Assembly: GCA_965655095.1 (NCBI GenBank)
Contig: OZ296651.1
Coordinates: forward strand, 47,926,001-47,990,000
Reading direction: 5' to 3'
DNA length: 64,000 bases
DNA from: Haplodiscus bocki
Taxonomy: Eukaryota
In this document: positions 26,501 through 38,538 of the stretch, one piece after another
Position numbering within the stretch: the stretch's first letter is position 1
Layout: each line of letters begins with the position of its first letter
Translations under genes and position numbers: made by a program
The notes under the pieces: model-generated
The model's input: only the letters and a program-made list of their open reading frames with translations
The model's database searches: none
Told to the model about the DNA's origin: nothing

Positions 26501-29500
26501 TGCCTTTTTTGGAAGCTCAGGAGTTTGATAGTGTTAATGTTATACTTTTTTCATACGCGGGGGTAAATATTTTACGTTCTAAATTCAAAGCTCCTCTGAA
26601 CTTTAAAACTGGTCAGTCCGTTTTCGAGTTGAAATTTATTGCTACTGAAGGTTTAGGGAGTCGTAATAACATTCTTTTGAGGCATGGTGGGGTTTTCCAA
26701 AGTTTTTGGGCGTACAAAAGCAAAAGTATTTTCCCTGAACAGGTGAGGTTGCCTTGTGATACAGCGGTTGATCATTTTATCAATGACTATTGGAACATTT
26801 GTGTCTACTATCGACAGAAGTCTGCCGATATTGATGAGCTGCGGTCAAAATTTTTTGAAACACTGGCAGGCCAGGGAAAGTTTTTTTGTAAGAATCATTC
26901 TCTATTACTCACCCGTGATTTTCCTTCCAGTGGTTTCAAATGCTCATGTGGTAGAAGTTCTTTTTTACGTTGTCCAGTGTCTGGCTGTGGGGCAAGTGTT
27001 TGCAGAATGCATTCTAAACAAGATAGTCAGGAGAGACAGTTTGTTTCCGATGATAACAAAGGGATCTGTAGTGAGTCCACGAAAATCTCAGCGTGCGATT
27101 CAAGTCAGTTCGATGATTGTGGCTATAGTCTTGTTTCTGTTGATTCACAGAATCGGTCCAGATCGCCTACCAACACGGTCACGTCCTCGGAATTTGTTAC
27201 CAATCCTGGGCTTTTAGAGGAAGAATCTGAAGGATCGCATGTTTCGCTGCCTGTTACAACTGCTGCTGGAGATTCAACTGTTGTTTTGCAACGTGATTTC
27301 CGAACAGACAGCACTGATTTTCAGCTCCCGCTTCATGTTTTATTGAATGGCCAATGCGGTTTACTGAAAAGGAATAAAGGGTCTCCGTTGTATGTTGCAG
27401 CTAGACATAAAAGAATTTTGGAGAACATCACCGCGACGTCGCCCCCCAACTCTGTCCCTTTGCTTCAGCCGGAAGCCATGTTGTTTCCGTCCATCTTTTG
27501 GCACCAAAACGCAGACGGCAGTTATTCTGGTGCAATACCTTCTCCCTTGTATAATGATCAGAAGCAAAACGAATTGCTCGGTTTCGCAAGTTTAGAACAA
27601 CATTTACAAACGCGCTTGAAAGATTCGTCTCTGTTGACGTCAACAGATCCTCGTTACGTCCAATACGTATTTGACACAATTTTTAACCTACAGCTGCGTG
27701 TCAATGACACGAGAATCGTTTTGAACAGAGGTTGGAGTGAAGCGGCTCGGCAACGAAAGAATGTTCATGCCATGCGAGAAGGTGCAATTTTTTTCGATCA
27801 ATGTGATTCTCGGAAGAATGTTAATGAACTGGGAGCAGCTTTGAAAGAACGGCCAGCTACATATTTTTTCACTTACACTTGTGGGCAGTCGACGCATCCT
27901 GGCTTGAGAAAAATTTTCAGTGCGTTGGACGCAAAGTTTCCGAAAGACGTATGTAAAGAGGAGGACCGAAAATCAGCGATTCAATCTGAAATGGTCACAA
28001 TGTTGAGAGCGTGGGAGCGAGCTTCTCGTCTTGTCATGAAGTACATTGAAACGTCACCCGAGCGGCCACTGGGAAAAGTTGATAAGATTTGGTATCGATA
28101 TGAGTTTCAAGATGAAGCTAGTGGGTTCCCTCATGTACATGCTTTGATTTGGACGTCAGAAGATTGTTTTAGTGAAGCAGTAAGGTCTAGAGTTTGTTGC
28201 TCGGCAACAACTTTTCTGAGGAACTTATTGACTGAAGTTGGTTTGCACAATTATAGTTTGGATGATTTGACCGAGTTACGAGATCTATTCAACCGTTATC
28301 AATCACACAACTGTTTTAAAGCAAAGCTTTGTTGTCAGAAAAAAACTGACAGAATGAAGGAAAAAACCTGCCGAGTGCCCAAATATCCTCCTTGTGCTGG
28401 CTTTACCTACAAATGTATTCACAAACAATTGTCGGAAGAAACGATAGCAGTTTTGAAAAAGCTCAAATTAGCTGAGTCGAGTGACTTTGATTGTTCGGTC
28501 ACCATTGATCAGCGTCTTTGTGGCGGCAAGCATCATTATCCAACAGAAATTAAAACACACATTTCTCCGACAAACGCCAAAATTTTTGCGCTCGTCCGAT
28601 CTAGCACCAATCTACAAATTTTCGACATATACATGAGTAGCCGTTATTTGTCAAAGTATGTTGCAGGCGTGGAGGAACGCACCGAAGTTTCTATTTCTAC
28701 GTCAAGTGGAACCTATATGTACGACTTCCATGTTGATGAACAGGTGAACAACAAAATTGCTGGAGTGTACTTGACCAATATGAACAAGGAGAGAAAGCCG
28801 AATAAAAAGTGTTTAAACTCTCGCATTTTGAGTCTGACAGAATCCGTGTGGTGGTCATTGCAATTTCCCTATGTCGTGACCAATATTCAGTTCATTCACG
28901 TTGTCACTGCCCCGCGAGAGAAACGGGCTGGAATAGTTATTGAACCGAAATGCAGACTTTCCAACAGCAATCAAAGTCCTCTTTTTGGGAGGCAGAGTTC
29001 AATTAGACACAGCAAAGGATTTCCTCCTCATCGTTGCTTCACGGAAAATCAGAAGTTGCTGATAATTGATGCAGAAAAAAGTTCCTTTTCTCCAGACAAA
29101 ATAACCGTTTTTGGTGTACGTCCCCCCGAACTAACGTTTGTTCTCAAAGTGGAAAACTATTTCACTTGGTTTTGCCGCTTCCGAAAGCCCTTAAAGGTGG
29201 CACCAGAAAGTTTATTAAAGAAAAACATAACTAAATCACATTGGGTGGATGGCTTCGGCTTTTGTGTATACCTTAATTCCTTGTATAAAGAAGATTTTTT
29301 CAACTACTGTCGCAACTTTTCTAGTGGGGTCCCTCGTTTCTCCACGCAATGTCTTGAAGCCATTGCATGTACAACGAGCGATGCGAGTCACAAATTCATT
29401 TATCAGAAAAAGGTTCACCAAACTCAAGTAGTTTTGTCGAACGTTGTTCCGAGGAACACAACCAACTTTCTGACCCATATTCTGTTGTCTCTTGGAGAAT

Positions 29501-31815
29501 ACGTAACCGAACTTGACATTTTTTCTCAATCGAATATGAAATCTGCGTTTTTTGAGGCCTGTTTGGCGAGCTCTCCTTTGGGATGCGAAGATTCCGAAAT
29601 TATTGATGTTGTTCGGCGCTTTGTGCTTGAACAATTACGTTATTATCCAGGATCATCTACTTTACTAGATCGGTTCGTTACGAGTGCCTATTTGTGCATC
29701 CAGCAGGCAGCACAAAAAAATTCAGTCATTTTTCCGAGCTCAACACCGCGCGTTTTAGAACAGAGTTTTGTGGTGCAGAGTAACAGCAACATTTCTGACG
29801 AATTGGATGCGCAAAAAGAGAGTCTTCTTCGTGCAGTTGCCAATGGGGGTTATGTTGGTTTACCAACGTATGCCCAATTGATGAACGCCACCTTAGCACG
29901 TCCTTTGATTTGGAGCCAAAAGATACATAAAGCAGGCAACCAGACTGACGAATCTTTGCATGACCAACAGAAGATATTGGATTACGTTTGTTCTTTGTAC
30001 GATAACTATTGTTCTTGTACCACTGCCTTTATTAAACATCAATTCATAGTTGGTCCACCGGGTACAGGAAAAAGCTATGTGCTGATTCATTGTGTGATTG
30101 CGGCTCTAGCTAGGGGGCTGAGATGCGTCATAACTAGTGTCGCTGCTGAGAGAGCTTCAGTTTTCGGCGTAAAACACATAAACGCTTTAATCCCTTTCCC
30201 CGTCATTCAAAATGAAACGGTGAGTCATCTAGTTTCGCATGCTTTGAACAGTCTTGCCCGAGATCCTGGGAAATTTTTTATTTTGGAGAAGTTGGATGTT
30301 TTTTTGTCGAGGAAGTTTCAATGATTTCAGCTGAACTTTGGTCCGCGATGGACAATGTGTTGCAAGCCGTATCTGAAAACAATCTTCCTTTTGGAGGAAA
30401 GATTGTTATTTCCACAGGGGATTTCCGTCAACTTCCGCCTCCTACGGGAACATTCCTTTTGCTGAGCAACTCGGTGTTAGCTAATTTCGAGCTTCAGTAT
30501 TTGAAGCACTATGCGAGAATGCAAAACCAGCAAGGAAAGAGGCTTCTGGATTTGCTGTCTGAATATCCTGTGACAGAGACATGCATTAAGATGTGTTGTG
30601 ACATCATCGAGAAATTCTGTAAATTCGTAAGCACGTGGTCGGAAGTCCCTTTGGATAGCTTGAGAGTGTTCAGTACGAGAGTTGCTGAAAAAGAGGCTGT
30701 GGAAGAGAGAATATCTTTTGTGACAACGCATCAAAGCATACAGAGTGTTTTTTTTCCAGTGCAAGGATGAAATGTCTAATACAGGAACTCACAATTGGGT
30801 TACCGCAACAACACCCGTGAGCAAGTTTCTTAACAGGAGTTGTCTCGAGCCGGAGTCTTTGTTTATACATGTTGGGTGTGTATTGCGCTTAACCTGCAAT
30901 TTGCCATCGCTGAAACTGTTCCAGGGACAATTGTGTTTTGTTGAATCGTTCGATGAAAATGATCGCCATATTGTTGTCAGAGTTGCTCCAGCCGGAGTCA
31001 GGTCTGTGTCATCTAACAACCCTGACGTTGCTTCCTGGAGGCTTGTAGTTATTCGTAAAAGAATTGGCGTTCTCCATAAGTATAACAATTTCACCGTTTG
31101 CAGACGTGTTCAATTTCCTTTGAAAATGTATGTGGCTTCAACCGTTCACAAAATATTGGGGGACACTGTTCCAAGCTTGGCAACACAGATTGTTGGTGGT
31201 AAAAAATTCTCATACTGGCTGAAAGAGCAGCTTTATGTAGTTGTTAGTCGGGTCACTGATCTTTCCCACATAACGTTTGTCGGTGACAAGCAGCGGACAC
31301 TTGATGCAATTAATCTTCTTTGCCGCAAAGATAGCCATTTGGTTCCTTTGATAGATAACTTTTTGTCGTCCCGTGGCAGGTGTAATTCCGGTGTTTCAAC
31401 GACCCAAACATTTTATCCCTTTCCCTTACGTGTTTTTGATGTACCACTTTCGGCAATTGGTTACCGTTATTTGTTGGTGAGTGTTAAACGTAGGGAACTT
31501 TTTTACATTGGAAGCTGTAAGCAGTTGCGGCGACGATTGCAAGAGCATAATTCGGGAAATGGGAGTTCATTTACAAAGCCTGTTGAAAGAAGACCCTGGG
31601 CTCTAGTTGCTTACGTGACGGGCTTTTCAAACGCCGTTTCACGAAGCCGTTACTCTTTTGAACAGGATTGGCAAAGAGCAATGCTTAATCGGAATTATTC
31701 GAATGTGAAGCTAACCCTTGAAGATTACTTGTCAGAGTGCCATGTTATTATGGATTCGTATAAAGTTACAGGCATCGAAACAGCCCTGGAATGTGAATGC
31801 ATGCGAAACTTGTAA
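23517..31815 (+). pseudogene. OTU-Rep(HUH)-Pif1 helicase-GIY-YIG polyprotein of B1, split by three single-base indels in T-runs (may be intact in vivo)
   Basis: ORFs 23478-26285, 26107-30324, 30321-30770 and 30745-31815 join into a full-length paralogue of the B2 protein. Motifs: PGDGNCLF, FFTYTC, YEFQ..FPHVHALIW, YLSKY, GPPGTGKS, GDFRQLPP, YIG..RRRLQEHN. Confidence 0.9.
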
Positions 31816-33136
31816 TGTTTTTTCGATTGTTCATATGTATTTTTCTTCATAGGTTTAGACTTTTGTAAAACTGCCATCGAGAAAACCCACCGTGTTTGCA
31901 AGTATTAATTTGTCCGAAGCAAAATTTTCAGCAACTTTTTCTGTAGCCGATCATGTTGGTTGATTTGAATGATTCCCATTGTTTGTTGCTAGTCATGAGC
32001 CAACCTTTGTAAAATTGGACGTGTTTTAGTTGTTAACGGATGATTTTTGTAACAGGATTTTCTTTTGTTTCTCTAACACCTTTTTACTCGACTCACACAG
32101 TAACTTTATTTTCGTGGTTCAAATTTTATACTCTGACACTTTATGAAATATCCTCTTTAAATGCTTTACACGGTAATTAAAAGATTCGGAAGATCATTTT
32201 TTGCAACAATTTGTTTTCACGTGTGTCTAAAGTTGCAGTGTGGAGCTGTTTTGATACTTTCGGGAGGCTATCTCATTGTTTCACAGAAATATCGCTTTCA
32301 CTTTTTGTTCAGTGACCAAGGCAAAAATTTAAGTAAAAATATGTTAACTGGAAAATAATGCGAAAGGTTTTCGACGAAGTGACAATAATGTTTATGTTTT
32401 TTCAGTGTCTCACTGACTCTGACCTGTTATGGATGTTATTTCTGACTCATTTAATGTTGTATACCTGACGGAAGCAAATTTAATTTTATATTTTTTTGTA
32501 CTGGTTGCTCAGCAACCGCCAACGTGATTTCCGAATTAGAATGTTGTTTGCTAGATGAACGTACTTGCGTTGGTTGTCCAGCAAGCCATATTCCACAAAC
32601 TGGCCTGTAAACATGAGATGATAGCAGCTGAATTCTTTAGTTGCGCAACACCTTTCAAACCCAAACCATATTCCTTGTTACGGGAGATGAGAAAACTTTG
32701 TATTTCAAACTATTATTTGTTGTATGAATTATATTATGTGAAGCATTTTTCTTATGGTTACTTTCGCGCGTGAATTGAACAGTGGTTCACCACTATTTAA
32801 TTTTTTGGCAGAGATTAGAGAAGGGCTGTTATTTTGTGCATCTGGCATTGTTTGAGTAATTTTTTCATCCTTGGGTGTATTTGGCAGTTTTATTTTGCCA
32901 AAAACGTTTTTTTCCAAAGAAAATTTCTTAATTTTCACCGTCAGGACGGCTCTGTAGCTGTGCAACGGGTGTGCATTTTTTCTTGAATCAGTCCTCTGTC
33001 TAATAAGTAAATGTCATGAACAAAAGTAAATTCTGATTTATTTGTTGGTTTTTTCAATTGTTAAGTGAATGATATAAAATATGCTTTGTTCGTTTGTCTG
33101 CTTTGATGATACATTGTCCTTCTGTTTTCGGTTGTT

Positions 33137-33790
33137 ATGTCTGAATATTTTGTTTTGGCGGCCTCGTCTCTTTATTGGGCAGCACAGGAAAGACCCCACC
33201 TCTTTGATCCTTTCAGGCCACATTTTTGCGCAATTTCTGGTGCTTCGCTAAATAACTACCAACCAGAAAAAAACATTTGTTATCTTCTTCAATCGAATTC
33301 CTGCAACACTAATGGAAGAAAGGTTATCATTTGGCATGATGCTGTCAATAACTCTTTGTCAAGCAAGAAGAATCCGGCAATGAGTCCTGAGGCTTTTTTC
33401 AGTAAACTGGCGTACTTGAGAAAATTCAATGTCGTGGCTTTTTCCTACTTACCACGATCAGGAGCGCATAATTTAAACGAGCTCTTGGAAAATTGTCCAA
33501 CAGGAATTATTTTTTTGAAAATGAAATCGATTCTATCAAAACGGTACAAACTTTTACTTGATGAAAGTAACGATCTGCACCTGAATAGCTTGTTAGAGAA
33601 TCATATGCTATCCAGAACACTGTTGAACAATGGTTTGCAGGATTTGACTTTGCGTCGGTGCCGCAATAGACGCAATAATCTCCGAAACAAAGTTAGTGTT
33701 TTAGTTTTTGGTTTCTGTTTTATTGACAATTTCGAAGATAAGCAGCAACATATTTTTGCCACAATTTTTGAAAGAAAACCGGAACGTTAG
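33137..33790 (+). CDS. SGNH/GDSL-hydrolase-like accessory protein (B1); 3' end possibly spliced
   Basis: Block-like motifs in the expected order: VLAASS (I), AISGAS (II), VIIWHDAVNNS (III), NDLHLN (V). Conserved in B2. Confidence 0.55.
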   Translation: MSEYFVLAASSLYWAAQERPHLFDPFRPHFCAISGASLNNYQPEKNICYLLQSNSCNTNGRKVIIWHDAVNNSLSSKKNPAMSPEAFFSKLAYLRKFNVVAFSYLPRSGAHNLNELLENCPTGIIFLKMKSILSKRYKLLLDESNDLHLNSLLENHMLSRTLLNNGLQDLTLRRCRNRRNNLRNKVSVLVFGFCFIDNFEDKQQHIFATIFERKPER

Positions 33791-33952
33791 TGATTACACG
33801 GTTGATGCATTTAACATCCGAACCAAGTGAGTAGATACAAATTTCGTGCATAACATATTCACTTTACTCAGTGTCAATAGTTTAAAGTTTTTGGTAACCA
33901 AATCCGGAGTTGGAAGAGTTAACTGGAGAGTTTTTTATGCTTCAATAACAGC

Positions 33953-33992
33953 ACTTGCTTGTTTTCACGATTCATCGTGAAAACAAGCAAGT
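33953..33992. repeat. Perfect 19-bp inverted repeat (hairpin/cruciform) in B1
   Basis: ACTTGCTTGTTTTCACGAT-TC-ATCGTGAAAACAAGCAAGT. Confidence 0.95.
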
Positions 33993-34733
33993 CCTCTGCG
34001 AACTATTTCAAGATTATCTGTTTCTTGCAGGTCAAAAGAAACAGATGTGAGTTTCACGAATCGGCATAGGCATCAATTACCGCGAGCTCCATGAAGATAA
34101 CTTGATGATTAGGAAGTCCGTCGGTGTTTTAACACCGCGTGAATATTTGTAATGCGGTCATTTCTGTCATGATTTGGTGTTATTGTTTAATTGCACTATT
34201 TGTGCTGCCATATGGTTTTTAAATGTAAAAAATGAATTGGCAATATTGCATTCATTTAGTTGAACTATGATTTTACATTTGATGATGTTATTTGAAGCTG
34301 AACGCTTTTTTGGCATTTTGTTTATATCCTTTTGGCATGCAGGTTTTTTTACTGGAATCTGTTGTAAATTGTTTTGTTTTTGGAAATAGAAATAGTTCAG
34401 AGGAAATTCAGTTTAATGTACTATCTGTGTTTCAATTTATATGTTTTCGGTATGCGACCAATTTTTGACTTGGAGTGGAAAACTGTTTTGAGGACACACC
34501 CGATAAATGACTGCAGATTCAGTTGATTCCAGACAAAGTGTACCATAGACGGGACTGAAGAGTTGCTAGGCTTTAATAAAAAAACGGATTTTCTAAAGTT
34601 TTCTTTCATCAAAAATTTTTCTTTGTTCATTGGGCGTTTTTCCGTTTGAGAGAAATCAGACTGCAAATCTTGACTTGTGTTTTTTATCGTGTACTTCCTC
34701 GTTTGAAACACATCCTTTTGCATTTTTTAAGAA

Positions 34734-35729
34734 ATGAATAGACAAGTAACTGTTGCTGAAGTTACAGGCGAAGGTTTCCTGCGCAACAGCCAGAACACTG
34801 TAATAAGGGGGATAGTTTTGGTTCTGAAAAAAAGTGATCGGCCACTTCAGTTGTTTAGACCTCAAGCTACAAAATTGAAACGACCACTTCCTGAAGGGAC
34901 ATATGACAGAATGGCTATTATTGGTCAATGGAATAGTAAAGATTGTTTTGTCGTCATCTCAGTTTCCGCGCAGAAGTCTGCTAAACTGTTTTCGGATCGT
35001 CATCTGACTGTTGGTTCTGTTGTAGAGGTTACAGAGCCTATATATTCGAACACGTGTTTAGGGAATGACAAAAATAATCCGATTATTGAAACTCATCAGG
35101 CGATCGTTGTTATCAATAACGTAAGCAATGAGGATTTTCCGCCAATTCCAATTATTTCCCTACCGAGCACGCCCGCAATGTTCCATTACACTCTCAACAG
35201 TAGAAATTTGTTGTTTTTGCATGGAAACATTATATCACCTACGTGTTCTGGAAGTATGTGCGACCGTCGTATTCTCAGAAATGAAACGGTGTGCGCTTGC
35301 TTACACAAGAATTCAGTTTCGTCGTGGACTGTCGCCGCACGCATCATTTCTAGGGACGTGGAAGAAGAAGCGGACGATCCCCTGAGCGGAGACATGACCC
35401 AAAGTCATCAGTTGGCATCGTTTTTTTGTAGCAATGATGTTCTTCGGTTGCCAGCTAGCTTGGTTGAATTGAATCTGTTGCGTGAATCAATAACTAGGGT
35501 GACAGAGTATGTCAACGATAATGGTGGTTGGATAATATCTGGTTACAGCAAATCGAGTGTCAGTGATGAGTCAATTACTCGGGCTGTTCATCATGTGAGA
35601 GTTTGTCGTCTTATTCCAGCTGTTGTAATCCCGAACAACTTGAAGTACGCTATCGGTAATGCTCGGCAGCCGCCCAATCATCGGCCGCCTCCACTACAAC
35701 ATGCCAACCCAAATGTTCAGCATGATTGA
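34734..35729 (+). CDS. Conserved 331-aa accessory protein (B1); putative OB-fold ssDNA-binding protein with Cys cluster
   Basis: Intact ATG-initiated ORF, conserved in B2. Beta-rich N-terminal half (IRGIVLVL, CFVVISV, LTVGSVVEVTEP) and a CSGSMCD..CAC motif. The fold assignment is inference. Confidence 0.6.
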   Translation: MNRQVTVAEVTGEGFLRNSQNTVIRGIVLVLKKSDRPLQLFRPQATKLKRPLPEGTYDRMAIIGQWNSKDCFVVISVSAQKSAKLFSDRHLTVGSVVEVTEPIYSNTCLGNDKNNPIIETHQAIVVINNVSNEDFPPIPIISLPSTPAMFHYTLNSRNLLFLHGNIISPTCSGSMCDRRILRNETVCACLHKNSVSSWTVAARIISRDVEEEADDPLSGDMTQSHQLASFFCSNDVLRLPASLVELNLLRESITRVTEYVNDNGGWIISGYSKSSVSDESITRAVHHVRVCRLIPAVVIPNNLKYAIGNARQPPNHRPPPLQHANPNVQHD

Positions 35730-38538
35730 TTTTTTGTGGATTTTTCAAAACACCGCAGCCATACGTGCTTTTCATGGTCGGATGCCAATGAACACATAGA
35801 AAATGTTCCTTTATGAAAAACTTATGATAATTGCAATTCTGTACTGCCTCGGATAAAATCAATGCATTTGCCTCAGTTACTCAACTTTACGTGATCTCTT
35901 TTACATATGAACTTTCTTTCCACATATGATAGAATGAAGGAAACAACCGTTGTTGTCTCACCTAAATAAATTCTGTTTTTGTGGCTAGTATCCTGCATTG
36001 TACTCTGTCAGTTACTTCAATTAACTTCAGTAATCCACATTGAAAATTGCATGAGATTTCAGTATGCTTTTCTATGTCAGTAATGCACTTTGGAAGTAAT
36101 TGTCTTCAATAGAAGTAGAGTCAGTGGTGTCAGTAGCTCTTGATAATATCATTTTCTTTATGAGTTTGATTTGGTCCACTTTATTAAGATAATGTTTACT
36201 TCAACGTTATTTTCCTTCTAAACAACTTAGAGAGGAACTTTTGGTGCGTGATTTGCCTTGTGTTGAAAAGATTTAGCCATAAACTTGGAGAGACAAGTCT
36301 ATATACTTTGGTAGTGTTCAAAGTTTCAAAGTAATATTCACTATGAATGGTACTGATTTATATTTTGGCACCCTTGTGAACTCGTTTCGACTTAGAAAGT
36401 CACTGGTACGTTCAGAGAAGTCTATTTTTTTTGTTCAAAATATCGCACGGACTAAACGGAGATGAACTTCATGTTTCAATTGAGACAGCAAAGTACGTTG
36501 AACAAATACGGGAATGTGTGAGCCTCGTTGTGCGATGAAGACAGATCGATGTTTTGGGAGCTTTATCAAGTGGAAAAACGTGTAGGAGCTTTGGAACTGT
36601 TCATGCACAGGTGATTGGACTTGCCAGTGTTTCTACGTTTCCTCTGATATTTTATTTGTCGTTCTTTCACCAGGTACTTTTCAATAGCGTTTGGAAATCA
36701 TATTTTTACTCAATTGTTTGTCTTTGATAAAGTCAGGTCCTATTGTCAGTCTTGGCTAAAATTGTTTATTTTTCGAACGGTTTTGGCTTCTGTTCTGTCA
36801 ATGTTGAAACTTTTTTCCTTTTTTTTTACTTTTTTTTCAAAAATCTATTTGATTTTCACAGCTTCCTGTTAATCAATCACTGGGCCTTTCTAGCGAACGG
36901 TAGCCTTTCCTCCACTGGGTGGTCAGGGATGTAACCTTTTTAGAATCCGAGGCCGGGTAGGGTCCCGTTGCCGAGGTTAAATATTAGTCGATAAATTTTC
37001 ATCTAGGTGCACTAGGGGTCTGGGAAGCCGATCTCGGGTCCTACCCGATAGAATTTATTTATAATTTGCATGCGGTCCTCAAATGGCGAGGTGAGAAAGG
37101 GGAGGAGGGAAAAAACTTTTTCCATTCACAACGTGATGAGTTATGACGGAATGATCGTGTTTTTTGTCCCGATTTTGACTTCTCATCGCTTTAGTTCCAC
37201 ATCTACCCGATACAATTGGCCCAAATTTTGTGTGTGAGGCACAAATGATTTGAACAATTTGCATGCCAAAAATTTTTGGCCCAGCTTTTTTTGTTCGGGA
37301 GATAGGCGCTGATGAATTTGTAAATTTTTGCAAAAAATGCGTCATTCCGTCATTTTTGATCGCCAAAACCAACTTTTTCTCGTATGCTAGCCTTCGCTAA
37401 GGATGCCAAAACTGAACCGGCAATTGATTTCGGTTAACCAGAAATTTTCGATCGAAATGCCGAAAAAAAATGACGGATATGACGGGAAAAAAATGACGGA
37501 AATGACGGATATTTTTGTGAGAAAAAAAAAATTTTCCCGGGAAAGGATCGCTTTGCGCGTAAAAAGCGCCTAAAAACGCTGGAATTGATCGTTTTGCGCG
37601 TAAAATGCGGCTAACAATGTTTCGCAGCTTCTACACAAGTGGTCGTTGACACTTTGACAGTATTTTGTCTCATATGACACAGTTTTTTCAGCTAAACTCA
37701 AATTTAATCTAGTTAGGCGTTACTTATGTAAGTTATATTTTATAATCCTACATTTTTTCTCATCAAGTATAATGGCATACATAAATTATATCTTGGATCA
37801 GGGCTCTTTGTTGGTTGTAGAATGCAATAGATGCTTCCATTACGTGTCATTCATTTTGAAAAATAAAAATAAAAGTTTTGGCAATAAGTTTTGCATTCCA
37901 TTTCAATTGTTTGCCAGAAATTTTAAGTTTGTTATATTATTGTTCTGAGCATCTATGAGGTTCTTTCGTTTTCCTTGTTATGTTTTTTTGTAGAAATCAG
38001 CAGTGTTGGAACTTTCCACGTTTGCATTACGAGAGTTGAACCTCTTTCATGCCTTGTAAGTTGGAGTGTGTTATGTAATTGTTAATTTTTTTGGTCAGTT
38101 TATGGTTGGCGTTCAACAAGCACCACTTTGGCATTCGACAAGGAATATTTTGAGAGTATACTTACTCAGCAGTTTGTTTTGTTTGGTGTACAACGCTAAC
38201 AGTCCTCATTGTTTTGAATTTGAATCGTATTTAACTAATCATTTTTTCAAGTACTGCAAGTCTTGCTGAAATCACACAAGCATGGTATTTTCGGCATTAA
38301 AAACGAAAAGTCACTGAAGAGACAGTTAAAAATTCAACTGGTGAACTTCAAATATTCAATGCAGTGAATCTTTTGAATTCAAATGATCCAACTGTTTTTG
38401 AAGTTCCTTTCGATAGAAGATTTTTCTGTAACGCATGTGGCTGTTTCAAAGCCTTCATTGACTGAGTTTTATAGATGTAGGCGCCGCCACTGAGTGTTGA
38501 TGGGTGTACAGAGTTTTGACGAATCTCATTTTCAGAAA

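Larger units (their letters stand above)
21861..36919 (+). mobile_element. Autonomous-type Helitron-like element B1 (15,059 bp)
   Basis: Bounded by CACTGGG|TGGTCAGGG junctions. Contains the RepHel gene (three 1-nt indels), an SGNH-like gene and an OB-like gene. Colinear with B2. Confidence 0.9.
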
